DNA of 64,000 nucleotides from an uncultured Chloroflexia bacterium (GCA_963713075.1 CAVQKO010000006.1:644408-708407); one strand, 5' to 3'; positions 10,901 to 20,915 are shown, numbered from the stretch's first letter. Program-made: numbers and translations. Notes: generated from the letters alone by a model not told the origin.

Positions 10901-11373
10901 GGCAGCGCGAGGTCGTCCGCGCCATCCCAGCGACGTCGCGCTGCGCGTCACCCGGCGCCATCCCGTGCGGGTCCCTCGCACATGCCCGCCCCGGACTTGT
11001 CGCACATGCCCGCCCCGGGGCCCTTATCCGGGCCTGGCACGTCGGCACGCCTGTCGCGCGAGCGTGACAGCCGGCGCGAGGGGCTGTGGATTCCGCCAGA
11101 TGTCCTCACGGCGGTCCGTAGACGAGGACTTCTTGGCCAAGGTCCGCTCGGTGGCCAAATGGCGGAATCTGCAGCCGACCTCACGCACGGCGGGCAGTCA
11201 GCAGGGGACAACGGCCTGAATAGCGTCCTCCCGGCGGTCATCTGCAACGAACGCACGGCGGCCAGCCGCGACCAACGCGGCTGTAGGCGGAGGCCCGAGG
11301 CCGCGGAAGCCCTGGGAATCGAAACGGCCCCGGGGCGTGACCGGGGCCGTGTCGTTGCTGAGAGCGGGGGGCG

Positions 11374-11595
11374 CTAGGCGGCGACCAGCGCGCGCCCCTG
11401 GCTGTCGTGCGCCTCGTTCGCGCAGTCGACCTTGCAGCCGCGGGCATCGCGGCCGCCCATCGGCGCGAAGTGGTACCAGGCGGAGACGCCGTCGACATTG
11501 CCGCGCTCGAGGCGGCAGCCGCAGCTGGTGCAGGTGACCGGGCCGCCGACGCTGCGGCCGGAGGCACCGCTGGACTCGAAGACCGGGTATGTCAT
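11374..11595 (-). CDS. Small (73 aa) Cys-rich protein, possible zinc ribbon
   Basis: ATG at 11595 is preceded by a strong RBS (GGAAGGAAG). The protein is MTYPVFESSG...CTSCGC...WYHFAPMGG...CKVDC, with four or five Cys. Confidence 0.45.
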   Translation of the reverse strand: MTYPVFESSGASGRSVGGPVTCTSCGCRLERGNVDGVSAWYHFAPMGGRDARGCKVDCANEAHDSQGRALVAA

Positions 11596-11859
11596 GTTGG
11601 GCGCTTCCTTCCCGTGCCTGCCGGGCGGCGTCGCCGGGAACCGCGACTGCCAGCCCGTTGTGGTGATGCCGTGCTTCGTGGAGCATCGTGCCCCGGGTGT
11701 GTTGAGGGGGCGGCACCGCGGGGGCAACAGGGCGGTTGCGTTTCGGTTGCACCCCGCAGAGGGGGCGAGGGCCGATTGGCCGAGCTCGCCGCCCGTGTGC
11801 GCGGCTGCAATTGCCGAGGTCTGCGGTCGCAGGCCTGGAGGCGGAGCGTGCGGCCGGCG

Positions 11860-13089
11860 CTACTCCCGCAGCGGGTCCGGCACCGGCGGCACCGGCGCCA
11901 GCACCCCAGAGCGCCGCACGATCCAGCCAGCCGAGGTGCCCTGCAGCAGCAGCGTCACCAGGACCACGCCGTAGACGCCGCCAGCGATCAGGTCGTGCTG
12001 CGGCAGGTCCGGCGGCAGGGAGAGCACGAGCGCGATGGCGATGGCGCCGCGCAGCCCCGCCCAGAACATCACGTGGAGGTACCCCGCCGAGACCGCCGGG
12101 CGGCCGCCGCGGGACAGGAGGCGGCTGCCCGCCCCGATGAGCCCGTAGACCACCGCCGCGCGCGCCGCCGTGATCCCGACGAACCCGGCCGCGATCACCG
12201 GCAGTGCAACCGAGAGCTCCGCGGGCGTGATGACGATGCCGATCAGCAGGAACAGGACCGCGGTGAGCAGGAACGCGATCGTCTCCCAGACGTTGTCGAG
12301 CGCCTCGGTCGTCTGCGTCGGGAGCGTGAACCGCCCGCCGGCGTTGCCGATCACGATCCCCGCCACGACGGTGGCGATGATGCCCGACTGGTTGATGGCG
12401 TCCGCGGCGAGGTAGGTGCCGTAGGCGGCGACCAGCGACACCATGACCTGCACGGTGTGGTCGCGGGCAAGGTGCATGGTGCGCACCGCGACGAGGCCCG
12501 CGAGCGCCCCGATCACCGCGCTCACGGTCAGCTCCGCGACGAAGCGGATGACGCCGTCGACCGGCGAGACGGGTGTGGACACCGCCGTGAGGGCGATCGT
12601 GAACAGCACGACACCCGTGCCGTCGTTGAGCAGGCTCTCGGCCTCGACCACCGTGGCCAGGGCGCGCGGTGCGCGCAGCTGCTTGAACACGGCCACGGTG
12701 GCCACCGGGTCGGTGGCGCAGACGATCGCGCCGAGCAGGAAGGCGAGGCTGTGGTCGAGCCCGGTCGTGAGCGTGACCACCTCGGCGACGAAGGCGGCGG
12801 TGATCACGACGCCCGGCGCCGCGAGGATGGCGACCGCGGCGAACGACTGCCGCAGGTGCCCCACGTCGATGTGGTAGGCCGCCTCGAACACGAGGCCCGG
12901 GATGAAGACCGCCAGGATCAGGTCGGGCGTGATCCCGGCCCCGCGGATCGGCTGGGTGACCGAGAGCACGAAGCCCGCGATGACCAGCGCCACCGAGAAC
13001 GGGATCGACAGCCGCTGCGTGACCAGCGCCACCGCAACCGCGATGGCGACCAGCACCACGAACAGCCCGACGATGACCTCGCTGCCCAT
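11860..13089 (-). CDS. Na+/H+ antiporter (CPA1/NhaP family)
   Basis: ATG at 13087-13089 has a textbook RBS (GCAAGGAGGTCG). The protein is a 409-aa polytopic membrane protein with ATDPVA and LLNDG motifs typical of NhaP. Confidence 0.85.
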   Translation of the reverse strand: MGSEVIVGLFVVLVAIAVAVALVTQRLSIPFSVALVIAGFVLSVTQPIRGAGITPDLILAVFIPGLVFEAAYHIDVGHLRQSFAAVAILAAPGVVITAAFVAEVVTLTTGLDHSLAFLLGAIVCATDPVATVAVFKQLRAPRALATVVEAESLLNDGTGVVLFTIALTAVSTPVSPVDGVIRFVAELTVSAVIGALAGLVAVRTMHLARDHTVQVMVSLVAAYGTYLAADAINQSGIIATVVAGIVIGNAGGRFTLPTQTTEALDNVWETIAFLLTAVLFLLIGIVITPAELSVALPVIAAGFVGITAARAAVVYGLIGAGSRLLSRGGRPAVSAGYLHVMFWAGLRGAIAIALVLSLPPDLPQHDLIAGGVYGVVLVTLLLQGTSAGWIVRRSGVLAPVPPVPDPLRE

Positions 13090-13206
13090 CGACCTCCTTG
13101 CGACGATGCCGCCCGCCCCGGTCGAGCGTACCCGAACCTGGCCCCGGTTGGCGCCACCGATCGTCGTCCGGCGATACGCTGGCCGCCCACGACAGCGGAG
13201 GATCGG

Positions 13207-13974
13207 ATGGACCTCGGACTCGCCGGGCGACGCGCTCTCGTCGGCGCGGGCGCCTCGGGCATCGGCAACGGGATCGCCTCGGCGCTGGCGGCCGAAGGGG
13301 CGCGCGTGGCGCTGATCGGCCGGACCGCTGACCGGGTCCGCGCGGAGTCGGAGCGGCTTGGCGGCGTGCCGGTGGTGGCCGACCTCTCGACAGCCGACGG
13401 GCCGTCGGGCGCGGTCGCGACCGCGGTGGGCGCCCTCGGCGGGCTCGACCTGTTGGTGGCCTGCACGGGCGGGCCCCCGGGCGGCACGTTCGAGGCGATC
13501 GACGAGGCCGGCTGGGAGACGGCGATCAACGGCACGCTCCAGTCGGTGCTGCGCCTGCTCCGCGCCGGCCTGCCGCACCTGCGGGCGGGCGCGGACCCGT
13601 CGATCCTGATCGTGCTCTCGTCGTCGGTCCGCGAGCCGATCCCGGGCCTCGTGACGTCCAACGTGCTGCGGCCGGGGCTCGCCGGCCTGATCAAGACCCT
13701 GACCACGGAGATCGCGCCGGTCCGGATCAACGGCCTCGCCCCGGGGCGGATCGCCACCGACCGCGTCGCGCACCTCGACGGCGTGCGGGCGGAGGCCGCC
13801 GGCGTGAGCCGCGAGGAGATCGCGCGCCGCTCGCAGGCGGCGATCCCGCTCGGCCGCTACGGCGACACCGCCGAGATCGGGCGTGTCGGCGCCTTCCTCC
13901 TGTCGCCCGCCGCGTCGTACGTCACCGGCGCCATCGTGCCGGTCGACGGGGGAATGATCCGCTCGCTGCCCTAG
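13207..13974 (+). CDS. Short-chain dehydrogenase/reductase (SDR) family oxidoreductase
   Basis: Has a GAGASGIGNGIA glycine-rich motif, an NG motif and a catalytic S...Y-like region. The product is 256 aa. Confidence 0.85.
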   Translation: MDLGLAGRRALVGAGASGIGNGIASALAAEGARVALIGRTADRVRAESERLGGVPVVADLSTADGPSGAVATAVGALGGLDLLVACTGGPPGGTFEAIDEAGWETAINGTLQSVLRLLRAGLPHLRAGADPSILIVLSSSVREPIPGLVTSNVLRPGLAGLIKTLTTEIAPVRINGLAPGRIATDRVAHLDGVRAEAAGVSREEIARRSQAAIPLGRYGDTAEIGRVGAFLLSPAASYVTGAIVPVDGGMIRSLP

Positions 13975-14084
13975 GCCTGATCTCCCGAGACGTTGTTGAC
14001 AGCGTCGAGGGGTGACCGCCCGCCGATGGAGACCCGCCATCGCATGCGGCTGCCGCTCCGGACCAGGATCGGCCCGAAGCTTCC

Positions 14085-15026
14085 TCAGCCCGCCAGCAGC
14101 TCCGACAGCACCGAGCCCGCCGCGAGGTGCCGGTCCAGCCCGACGCGCCGCAGGATGTCCTCGAGGTCGGCGATCGTGCCCGGGTCGGCCGCCACGCCCG
14201 GGGCCCGGACCGTCGCGTCCGCGATGGCGCCGCGGCGCTCGTAGACGTACTTGCGGATCGGCAGGTTGAGCAGCGCCTGGTTCTCGAACCGGATCAGGGT
14301 CGCGAAGCGGTCGAACACCGCGGCGGCGCCGGCGCGGTCGCGATCGAACCACCGCCGCACGATCGCCACCAGCACCTCGGGGAACCCGAATCCGGTCATC
14401 GTCCCGTGGGTGCCGCGGCCCAGCTCCTCGAGCAGCATCGCGCCACCGAGCCCGCCGAGCACCCGGAGCTCCGACGACCCGGCGACGAGCCGCCCGGCCT
14501 TCGGCGGGGTCGGCTCCTCCTCGAGCTTCACGACTCCGCACGCCGGCGCCTCGGCCGCGAGCGCCAGCAGGAACTCGACGCTCATCGGGACGCCCGAGGA
14601 GGCAGGGTGGTCCTGAACGACGATCGGCAGGTCCACGGCCTCGGCCACCGCGAGGTAGTGGCGGCGCAGGGCGGCGTCCGTCGGACGCGCCAGCGGCGGC
14701 GGGGCCAGCATGACGCTGTGCGCGCCGGCAGCCTGGGCGTCCCGCGCGTACGCGACCGCCCGGTCGGTGGCCGCGTGCGAGACGCCGACGCAGACCGGGA
14801 TCGAGCCGTCCGCCGCCTCGAGCACCGCCCCGAGCACCGTCGACCGCTCCCCGTCGCCCAGCCGGCCGGCCTCGCCGAGCACGCCCAGGATGGTCAGGCC
14901 GTCCACGCCGGTCGCCCGCACGAAGGACACGAGCGTGGGGAGGGAGGCGGTGTCGAGGGCGCCGTCAGGCGTGAACGGGGTCGGGACGATGTTCCACACG
15001 CCGTGGAGTGCCGCGATGTCGCCCAT
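14085..15026 (-). CDS. DapA-family lyase (dihydrodipicolinate synthase/N-acetylneuraminate lyase superfamily)
   Basis: The N-terminus (VPTPFTPDGALD...VDGL...GVLGEAG) is typical of the DHDPS/NAL TIM-barrel family. The product is 313 aa. Confidence 0.75.
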   Translation of the reverse strand: MGDIAALHGVWNIVPTPFTPDGALDTASLPTLVSFVRATGVDGLTILGVLGEAGRLGDGERSTVLGAVLEAADGSIPVCVGVSHAATDRAVAYARDAQAAGAHSVMLAPPPLARPTDAALRRHYLAVAEAVDLPIVVQDHPASSGVPMSVEFLLALAAEAPACGVVKLEEEPTPPKAGRLVAGSSELRVLGGLGGAMLLEELGRGTHGTMTGFGFPEVLVAIVRRWFDRDRAGAAAVFDRFATLIRFENQALLNLPIRKYVYERRGAIADATVRAPGVAADPGTIADLEDILRRVGLDRHLAAGSVLSELLAG

Positions 15027-15269
15027 GCCGCCTCCGTGCCGATCGACCGGTAGACGACGAGGCTACACGACCCTCGCGCACACAAAGATCGTCGGCGAAC
15101 CGTTGGCGGGGGAGACGGGCCGACGGTTCGCCGACGAAGGCGGAGATCCCAGCGGAGGGAAGGGAAAGGGCTCCGTCTGGGTGCGCACCACCGCGGGGAC
15201 CGACCCACCGTGCTGCCCCACCATGCTGCGGCGCCCGGCGGGCGCCCACAACCCTCGAATCTGTCCCCG

Positions 15270-15296
15270 GGCCACCCCCCGTTCGTGGGGGTGGCC
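15270..15296. terminator. GC-rich hairpin (10-bp stem GGCCACCCCC/GGGGGTGGCC) downstream of the M14 peptidase gene
   Basis: A perfect inverted repeat with a 7-nt loop lies about 135 bp after the stop of the minus-strand peptidase gene. No U-tract follows, as is common in high-GC genomes. Confidence 0.4.
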
Positions 15297-15430
15297 TACC
15301 CGCCGAGCGAGATGTCGTGCGCGAGGCCGGCCATCCCGGGTCCGCCCACTTCGCCCCTGCGCCCCCTTCGCCCCTGCGCTGTTCGCGGCGGCGTGGCGCC
15401 GCGCCTCGAGGCGATGCTGTTCGCCGCGGC

Positions 15431-17095
15431 TCAGGGCCGCCGGATGCGCAGATCGTCGACCGCGGCCTCGACCAGGCTGTCCGGCCCGCCGTCAGTCGCC
15501 GCCACGACGATGCGGATCGTCTGCCCCGCGAACTGCGAGATCGACACCCAGCCCGACGCCCAGGCGGCGTTGCGATTGGCCGCGCTGCCCTTGACGGTGA
15601 ACACCGGCGTCCGCGTCCCGTCCTGCGTCTGCACGAGGACCTGGAGCGAGTCGGCGGAGGTCGACCGTGCGTCGTGCGCGAAGACGTACCGGAACGTCAG
15701 CGGCCCGACGCGCGCCGGGTCCGCGGGCAGCGTGACCGCCGTGCTCGTGACCGACGTGGTGCCGCCGTCGACGTCGTTGGCGTTCGCGCTCGAGCCCGCG
15801 GCGAGCCCGGTCGCGAGGACGCTGCGTCCCGAGATCCTCGTCGCGAGCTGCTTCGCGCCCTTGGCGTCCTTGGTGGCCTTGGGCGGGCCGATCTGCCACA
15901 GTCCGCTGGTCGCGGTGTCGGTGCCGTCGGAGTTGCGCGTCCAGCCGCGGTTGATCTCGAAGTCGTCGTACATCGGCCCGCAATCGGCCCGCACGTAGCT
16001 CGCGCCGAGGTCGGCGTAGGTGCAGCCGGCCCGGTAGATCAGCCGCAGCAGGGCGGTCTTGTTGCGCTCGGTCGCCGCGGCGATGTGGGAGTCGTCGGGG
16101 TAGAAGTCGCCGAGGACCGTGTTGAGCTCGCGCGGGTAGAGCTCGAACGTGTACGAGAAGATCCGGTACCGCCCGTACATCCAGTCCATCTCGTCGCCGT
16201 CGGTGACGTACAGCGCCGAGGACTGCTCCGCCTTGTAGCCGTTGAGCCTCGCCATGCCGTTGGCCATCGCGACGAGCGCGGCGTGGTCAAGGCGGCTCAT
16301 GTCCGTCGGGATCGCCGTCCGCGTCCACCCGTACGGGTAGAGGACGAGCTGGCCGTTGGTGTGCAGGGTCACATGCGTCTTGATGCGCTGGACGCCGTCG
16401 ATCACGCGGCTGGCGACGAAGTCGCGGATCGCCTGCGTCTCGGGCGCCGAGAAGGCCGAGCGGCCGCGGTAGGTGATCGAGGCCGGGTTGCCCGACGAGC
16501 CGCTGCAGCAGCCCCAGTGGTAGTTGTAGTTGCGGTTGAGGTCGGTCCCGACCGCGGTCGGGCCGGCGTTCGGCTGGCGGTTCTTGCGCCAGCCGCGGAA
16601 CGGGCTGCCCGTCAGGTCGTAGCGCATCCCGTCGGGGTTGACCGCGAACACGATCCACACCACCCGCGTGTTCATCAGGCTCGTGACCGTCGCGTCGTGC
16701 CCGTACCCGGTGGTGAGCCACCGCAGGACCGCGAGCGCCTGCTCGGTGGCCAGGTGCTCGCGGGCGTGGTGGAGCGCGTCGATGAGGACCTCGGGGTAGC
16801 CGTGGTCGGTGGCCACGTCGTTGCTGACCTTGGCGATCCAGATGTCGCGGCCCTGGTAGCTCTTGCCGATCGACGAGATCTGCACCAGGTTCGGGTAGTC
16901 GACGGCGGCCTGCTGGATCTCGGCCTCCATCTCGGGCAGGTTGTGGTAGCCGCTGTCGTAGGACGGGAAGTTGGGCTCCGCGGCCGCCGCGGGCGTCGGG
17001 CGGACCGCAGTCCCGGACCAGCCCATGCTGGCCGCGACGACGGCGGCGAGCAGGAGGCGGAGGAGGGGAGCCGGGGCGCGTCGCTGGCTGGACAT
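15431..17095 (-). CDS. Secreted M14-family zinc carboxypeptidase with C-terminal beta-rich domains
   Basis: ATG at 17093-17095 gives a signal peptide (MSSQRRAPAPLLRLLLAAVVAA). The protein has HAREH Zn ligands and the FAVNPDG motif of M14 peptidases. Confidence 0.85.
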   Translation of the reverse strand: MSSQRRAPAPLLRLLLAAVVAASMGWSGTAVRPTPAAAAEPNFPSYDSGYHNLPEMEAEIQQAAVDYPNLVQISSIGKSYQGRDIWIAKVSNDVATDHGYPEVLIDALHHAREHLATEQALAVLRWLTTGYGHDATVTSLMNTRVVWIVFAVNPDGMRYDLTGSPFRGWRKNRQPNAGPTAVGTDLNRNYNYHWGCCSGSSGNPASITYRGRSAFSAPETQAIRDFVASRVIDGVQRIKTHVTLHTNGQLVLYPYGWTRTAIPTDMSRLDHAALVAMANGMARLNGYKAEQSSALYVTDGDEMDWMYGRYRIFSYTFELYPRELNTVLGDFYPDDSHIAAATERNKTALLRLIYRAGCTYADLGASYVRADCGPMYDDFEINRGWTRNSDGTDTATSGLWQIGPPKATKDAKGAKQLATRISGRSVLATGLAAGSSANANDVDGGTTSVTSTAVTLPADPARVGPLTFRYVFAHDARSTSADSLQVLVQTQDGTRTPVFTVKGSAANRNAAWASGWVSISQFAGQTIRIVVAATDGGPDSLVEAAVDDLRIRRP

Positions 17096-17247
17096 GCCCA
17101 CAGGGTGCCAGACGGCGCGGCTCGCGGATAGCCCCCCGAGGTCGTTCGACCGGCCGGCCGAGCGGTCGCTTGCAGCCGGCGCCCGTGCCGGGCGGAAACG
17201 CCTCGAGACCCCTTGACGCTCTAGCGGATGGGCGTCATCATGCTCAT

Positions 17248-17259
17248 GTAATCGATTGC
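17248..17259. promoter_or_regulatory. Palindromic operator GTAATCGATTGC (IolR/LacI-type candidate) 21 nt upstream of iolB
   Basis: This is one of five copies of the consensus GTAATCGATTAC found at iol promoters in this window. Confidence 0.55.
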
Positions 17260-17279
17260 CGAGCACGAAGGAAGACTGG

Positions 17280-18170
17280 ATGACCTCTGTTCCCACGGTC
17301 GGCAACCCTGCTCCTGCCATCGATCCCCCGGGGGCCGCGCGGCATCTCCTCCGCCGCGCGGCCCGCCCGGACGCCAACGGCGTCATCAGCCACGTCGATC
17401 CCGACAGCGCGGGCTGGGACTGGGTGACCGTCACGGTCCACCGCCTGGCCCCCGGCGAGACGGTCACCAGTGCGGCCGACGACCAGGAGCGCCTCGTCCT
17501 GGTGCTCGAGGGGTCCGCGGCCGTGACCGCGGGCGCACTGTCCCTCGACCGCGTCGGCTCGCGCGACAGCGTCTTCGACGGCCCGGCATCGCCCGTCATC
17601 CTGGTCGCCCCCGGCGACGCGGTCCGCGTGACCGCGGCAACAGACGCGCTGGTTGTCGTGGCCGCGGCGCCCGGCGGCGAGGTCCGGAGCACCCGCTACA
17701 TCGCCCCCGAGGACGTCCTCGTCGAGGCGCGAGGGGAGGGGAACACCGCCCGCCGGATCCACCACCTGATGGACCCGCAGATGGAGGCGGGCCGCCTGAT
17801 CGCGTTCGAGGTGTACACGCCGGGCGGCAACTGGAGCAGCTACCCGCCCCACAAGCACGACACCGAGAACCCGCCGGTCGAGGCCTATCTCGAGGAGCTG
17901 TACTTCTACCGCTTCGCCAAGCCCGGCGCCTTCGGCTTCCAGCGGGTCTACACCGCCGACCGCTCGCTCGACCAGTCCATGGCCGTCGGCGACCTCGACA
18001 TGGTCCTCGTCCCCGAGGGCTACCACCCGTTCGGCGCCCCCGCGGGCTACGACGCCTACTACCTCAACATCATGGCCGGGCCGAACCGCGCCTGGCACTT
18101 CACGATCGACCCGGACCACGCCTGGCTGATGAACTGGTCCCCGGCGGCGCCGGCCGCCGCTCAGGGCTGA
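17280..18170 (+). CDS. iolB: 5-deoxy-glucuronate isomerase
   Basis: Has an IolB-type cupin with the YPPHKHD motif. ATG at 17280 is preceded by GAAGGAAG. The upstream TTG at 17256 overlaps the operator. Confidence 0.8.
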   Translation: MTSVPTVGNPAPAIDPPGAARHLLRRAARPDANGVISHVDPDSAGWDWVTVTVHRLAPGETVTSAADDQERLVLVLEGSAAVTAGALSLDRVGSRDSVFDGPASPVILVAPGDAVRVTAATDALVVVAAAPGGEVRSTRYIAPEDVLVEARGEGNTARRIHHLMDPQMEAGRLIAFEVYTPGGNWSSYPPHKHDTENPPVEAYLEELYFYRFAKPGAFGFQRVYTADRSLDQSMAVGDLDMVLVPEGYHPFGAPAGYDAYYLNIMAGPNRAWHFTIDPDHAWLMNWSPAAPAAAQG

Positions 18171-18176
18171 CGGCTT

Positions 18177-18195
18177 GTCAGACTGGCAATCGATG
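18177..18195. promoter_or_regulatory. Operator-like CAATCGATGATCGATGATC (two overlapping ATCGAT half-site cores) upstream of the transaldolase-family gene
   Basis: Shares the AATCGAT core with the other four sites. Confidence 0.45.
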
Positions 18196-18238
18196 ATCGA
18201 TGATCTGAGGGCAAGAGCTGCCCGCCGATGGAGGCCCC

Positions 18239-19339
18239 ATGACGATGACCGTTGCGACCGCCGCCAGCCCGCTCGCGAGGATGGTCGAGACCACCCCGAC
18301 CGACTTCTGGAACGACTCGTGCGCCGTCGCTGAGCTGGAGTACGCGGTCGCCCGCGGCGGCACTGGCGCCACCTCCAACCCGACGATCGTCGGCGAGGTG
18401 ATGAAGAAGGAGAAGGACCACTGGGTCCCGCGGGTGCGCGAGATCGCCGCCGCGAACCCCAACTGGTCCGAGGTGGAGATCACCTGGCAGCTGATCGAGG
18501 AGATGGGCGTCCGGGGCGCCTCGATCCTGCAGCCGGTGTTCGAGGCCCACGACCGCAGGAAGGGCCGCCTGTCGCTCCAGACGAATCCCGCCAACTACCG
18601 GACGCCCGACCGCATGGTCGAGCAAGCGGTCCGCTTCAGCACCCTCGCGCCAAACATCCAGGTCAAGTTCCCGTGCACGGCCGAGGGCCTGGTGGCGGTG
18701 GAGGAGGCCACCGCGCAGGGCGTGGTCGCCAACATCACGGTGGTGTTCACCGTGCCGCAGTGCATCGCCGCGGCCGAGGCGGTCGAGCGGGGGATCCGGC
18801 AGTTCGAGGCCGCCGGCGGCGACTCGAGCCGGATGTCGCCCGTCTGCTCGCTCATGGTCGGCCGCCTCGACGACTGGATGAAGGTCCTCGTCGAGCGCGA
18901 CTCCATCGCGCTCGACCCCGCCGCCTCGAGCTGGGCCGGCGTGGCCGCATTCAAGCGGGCCTACGGCATCTACCAGGAGCGCGGCTACCGCACCCGGCTG
19001 CTCGCCGCGGCCTACCGGCACCGTCTGCACTGGACCGAGCTCGTGGGTGCCGACGTCGTGCTCACGATGCCCTACGCCTGGCAGGTCCGGTTCAACGCCT
19101 CCGGCATCGACCCGACGCCGCGCATCGACGTCCCGGTCGAGCAGGCCCTGATCGACGACCTGCTCGAGCGGGTCCCGGACTTCCGGCGCGCCTACGAGCC
19201 GGATGGCCTGACCCCTGCTGAATTCGTGACATACGGCGCCACCGCGCGGACCTTGCGCGGCTTCGTGGCCTCATATCACGATCTCGTCGGCGCGGTCAGG
19301 GATATCGTTCTACCCAACCCGGACGCCAAGGCAGGCTGA
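18239..19339 (+). CDS. Transaldolase-family protein (class I aldolase fold)
   Basis: Has the TSNPTIV motif and an actinobacterial-type length (366 aa). It lies between iolB and iolA with an iol-type operator upstream. Confidence 0.75.
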   Translation: MTMTVATAASPLARMVETTPTDFWNDSCAVAELEYAVARGGTGATSNPTIVGEVMKKEKDHWVPRVREIAAANPNWSEVEITWQLIEEMGVRGASILQPVFEAHDRRKGRLSLQTNPANYRTPDRMVEQAVRFSTLAPNIQVKFPCTAEGLVAVEEATAQGVVANITVVFTVPQCIAAAEAVERGIRQFEAAGGDSSRMSPVCSLMVGRLDDWMKVLVERDSIALDPAASSWAGVAAFKRAYGIYQERGYRTRLLAAAYRHRLHWTELVGADVVLTMPYAWQVRFNASGIDPTPRIDVPVEQALIDDLLERVPDFRRAYEPDGLTPAEFVTYGATARTLRGFVASYHDLVGAVRDIVLPNPDAKAG

Positions 19340-19388
19340 GCCGCCGCTCGCGTCCCGCAAACAACAAACGCTGTACTGGAGGCACCTG

Positions 19389-20915
19389 GTGGCCATCGAC
19401 ACCCCCAACGAGGCGGCTGTCCTGCCGATCCTCAGTCACTACATCAACGGCACCGCGGTCGAGGTCCTCCCCGACGCCACCGGTCCGGTCTACAACCCGG
19501 CGACGGGCAAGGTGATCGCCCGCGTGCCGCGCGGCGGCCAGACCGAGGTCGATGCCGCCGTCGAGGCCGCGAAGGCCGCCTTCCCGGCGTGGGCGAGCAT
19601 GCCGCTCATCGCCCGCAGCAACATCTTCTTCAACTTCCGCGCGCTCATGTACGAGAACCGCGAGGAGCTGGCCCGCCTGATCACCCGCGACCACGGCAAG
19701 ACGTTCCCCGACGCCCTCGCCGAGGTCCTCCGCGGCATCGAGACCATCGACTTCTGCTGCGGCCTGCCGCTCCACCTCTCCGGCATGAACACGCCGAACG
19801 TCTCCACCAAGGTCGACACGTTCACCATGCGGGCCCCGCTCGGCGTGGTGGCGGCGGTCACGCCGTTCAACTTCCCGGTCATGGTCCCGACCTGGATCTA
19901 CCCGGTCGCGCTCGCGGCCGGCAACACCGTCATCCTCAAGCCGTCCTCCCACACCCCGGGCGCCACGCAGCTTCAGGCCGAGCTGTGGAGCCAGGCCGGC
20001 GGCCCCGCCGGCACGTTCAACATCGTCTACGGCGGCAAGGAGGCCGTGAAGGCGATCGTCGAGCACCCCGACATCAAGGCGATCCAGTTCGTCGGGTCCA
20101 CCGCGGTCGGCCGCTACGTGTTCGAGGAGGGCACCCGCCACGGCAAGCGGGTCGGGTCCTACACCTCGGCCAAGAACGCGATGCTCGTCCTGCCCGACGC
20201 GGACCTCGACCTCGTCGCTGACGCGGCGGTCGCGGCGGGCTTCGGCTCGGCGGGCGAGCGCTGCATGGCCCAGACACTGATGGTCGCGGTGGGCGACACC
20301 GGCGAGAAGCTCCGCCCCAAGATCCTCGAGCGGATCGCCAACCTCAAGATCACCGACGGCATGGAGCCGGGCGCCGACATGGGCCCGATCTACTCCGCCG
20401 AGCACCGCGAGTCGGTGGTCAAGTGGATCGGCGTCGGCGAGGCCGAGGGCGCCGAGCTGGTGGTCGACGGCCGCACGTTCGTCGGCCCCAATCCCGACGG
20501 CTACTTCCTGGGCGTCTCGCTGTTCGACAACGTCACCCCGGACATGAAGATCTACCAGGAGGAGATCTTCGGCCCGGTGTTCGGCATCGTCCACGCCGCG
20601 ACGTTCGACGAGGGCCTCAAGCTCATCAACGACCACAAGTACGCCAACGGCACCGCGGTCTTCACCACCGACGGCGGCGCCGCGCGGCGCTTCAAGCTCG
20701 AGGTCGATGTCCCGATGATCGGCGTCAACGTGCCGATCCCGGTGCCGGCCGGCTTCATGAGCTTCTCCGGCTCCAAGGAGTCCGCGATCGGCGACCTCCC
20801 GATGCGCGGCGAGGACGGCATCCGTTTCTGGACCCAGCAGAAGATGGTCACCGAGCGCTGGCCCGAGCCCGGCAAGCAGGGCCCGCTCTCGCTCGTCTTC
20901 CCCGGCAACTCCTAG
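19389..20915 (+). CDS. iolA: Methylmalonate-semialdehyde dehydrogenase (CoA-acylating)
   Basis: Has ALDH-superfamily motifs (FNFPVMVP, GSTAVG, catalytic Cys in GERCMA). The product is 508 aa and sits in an iol context. Confidence 0.85.
   Translation: MAIDTPNEAAVLPILSHYINGTAVEVLPDATGPVYNPATGKVIARVPRGGQTEVDAAVEAAKAAFPAWASMPLIARSNIFFNFRALMYENREELARLITRDHGKTFPDALAEVLRGIETIDFCCGLPLHLSGMNTPNVSTKVDTFTMRAPLGVVAAVTPFNFPVMVPTWIYPVALAAGNTVILKPSSHTPGATQLQAELWSQAGGPAGTFNIVYGGKEAVKAIVEHPDIKAIQFVGSTAVGRYVFEEGTRHGKRVGSYTSAKNAMLVLPDADLDLVADAAVAAGFGSAGERCMAQTLMVAVGDTGEKLRPKILERIANLKITDGMEPGADMGPIYSAEHRESVVKWIGVGEAEGAELVVDGRTFVGPNPDGYFLGVSLFDNVTPDMKIYQEEIFGPVFGIVHAATFDEGLKLINDHKYANGTAVFTTDGGAARRFKLEVDVPMIGVNVPIPVPAGFMSFSGSKESAIGDLPMRGEDGIRFWTQQKMVTERWPEPGKQGPLSLVFPGNS

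Noticed and set aside
11407-14541. 855-aa plus-strand and 893-aa minus-strand ORFs
   Set aside because: Only the C-terminal 256 aa (SDR) and C-terminal 409 aa (Na+/H+ antiporter, with a perfect RBS) are credible. The long N-terminal extensions are antisense artefacts.
15008-17131. 707-aa plus-strand ORF
   Set aside because: It runs antisense to the M14 carboxypeptidase gene, which has a signal peptide and catalytic motifs.
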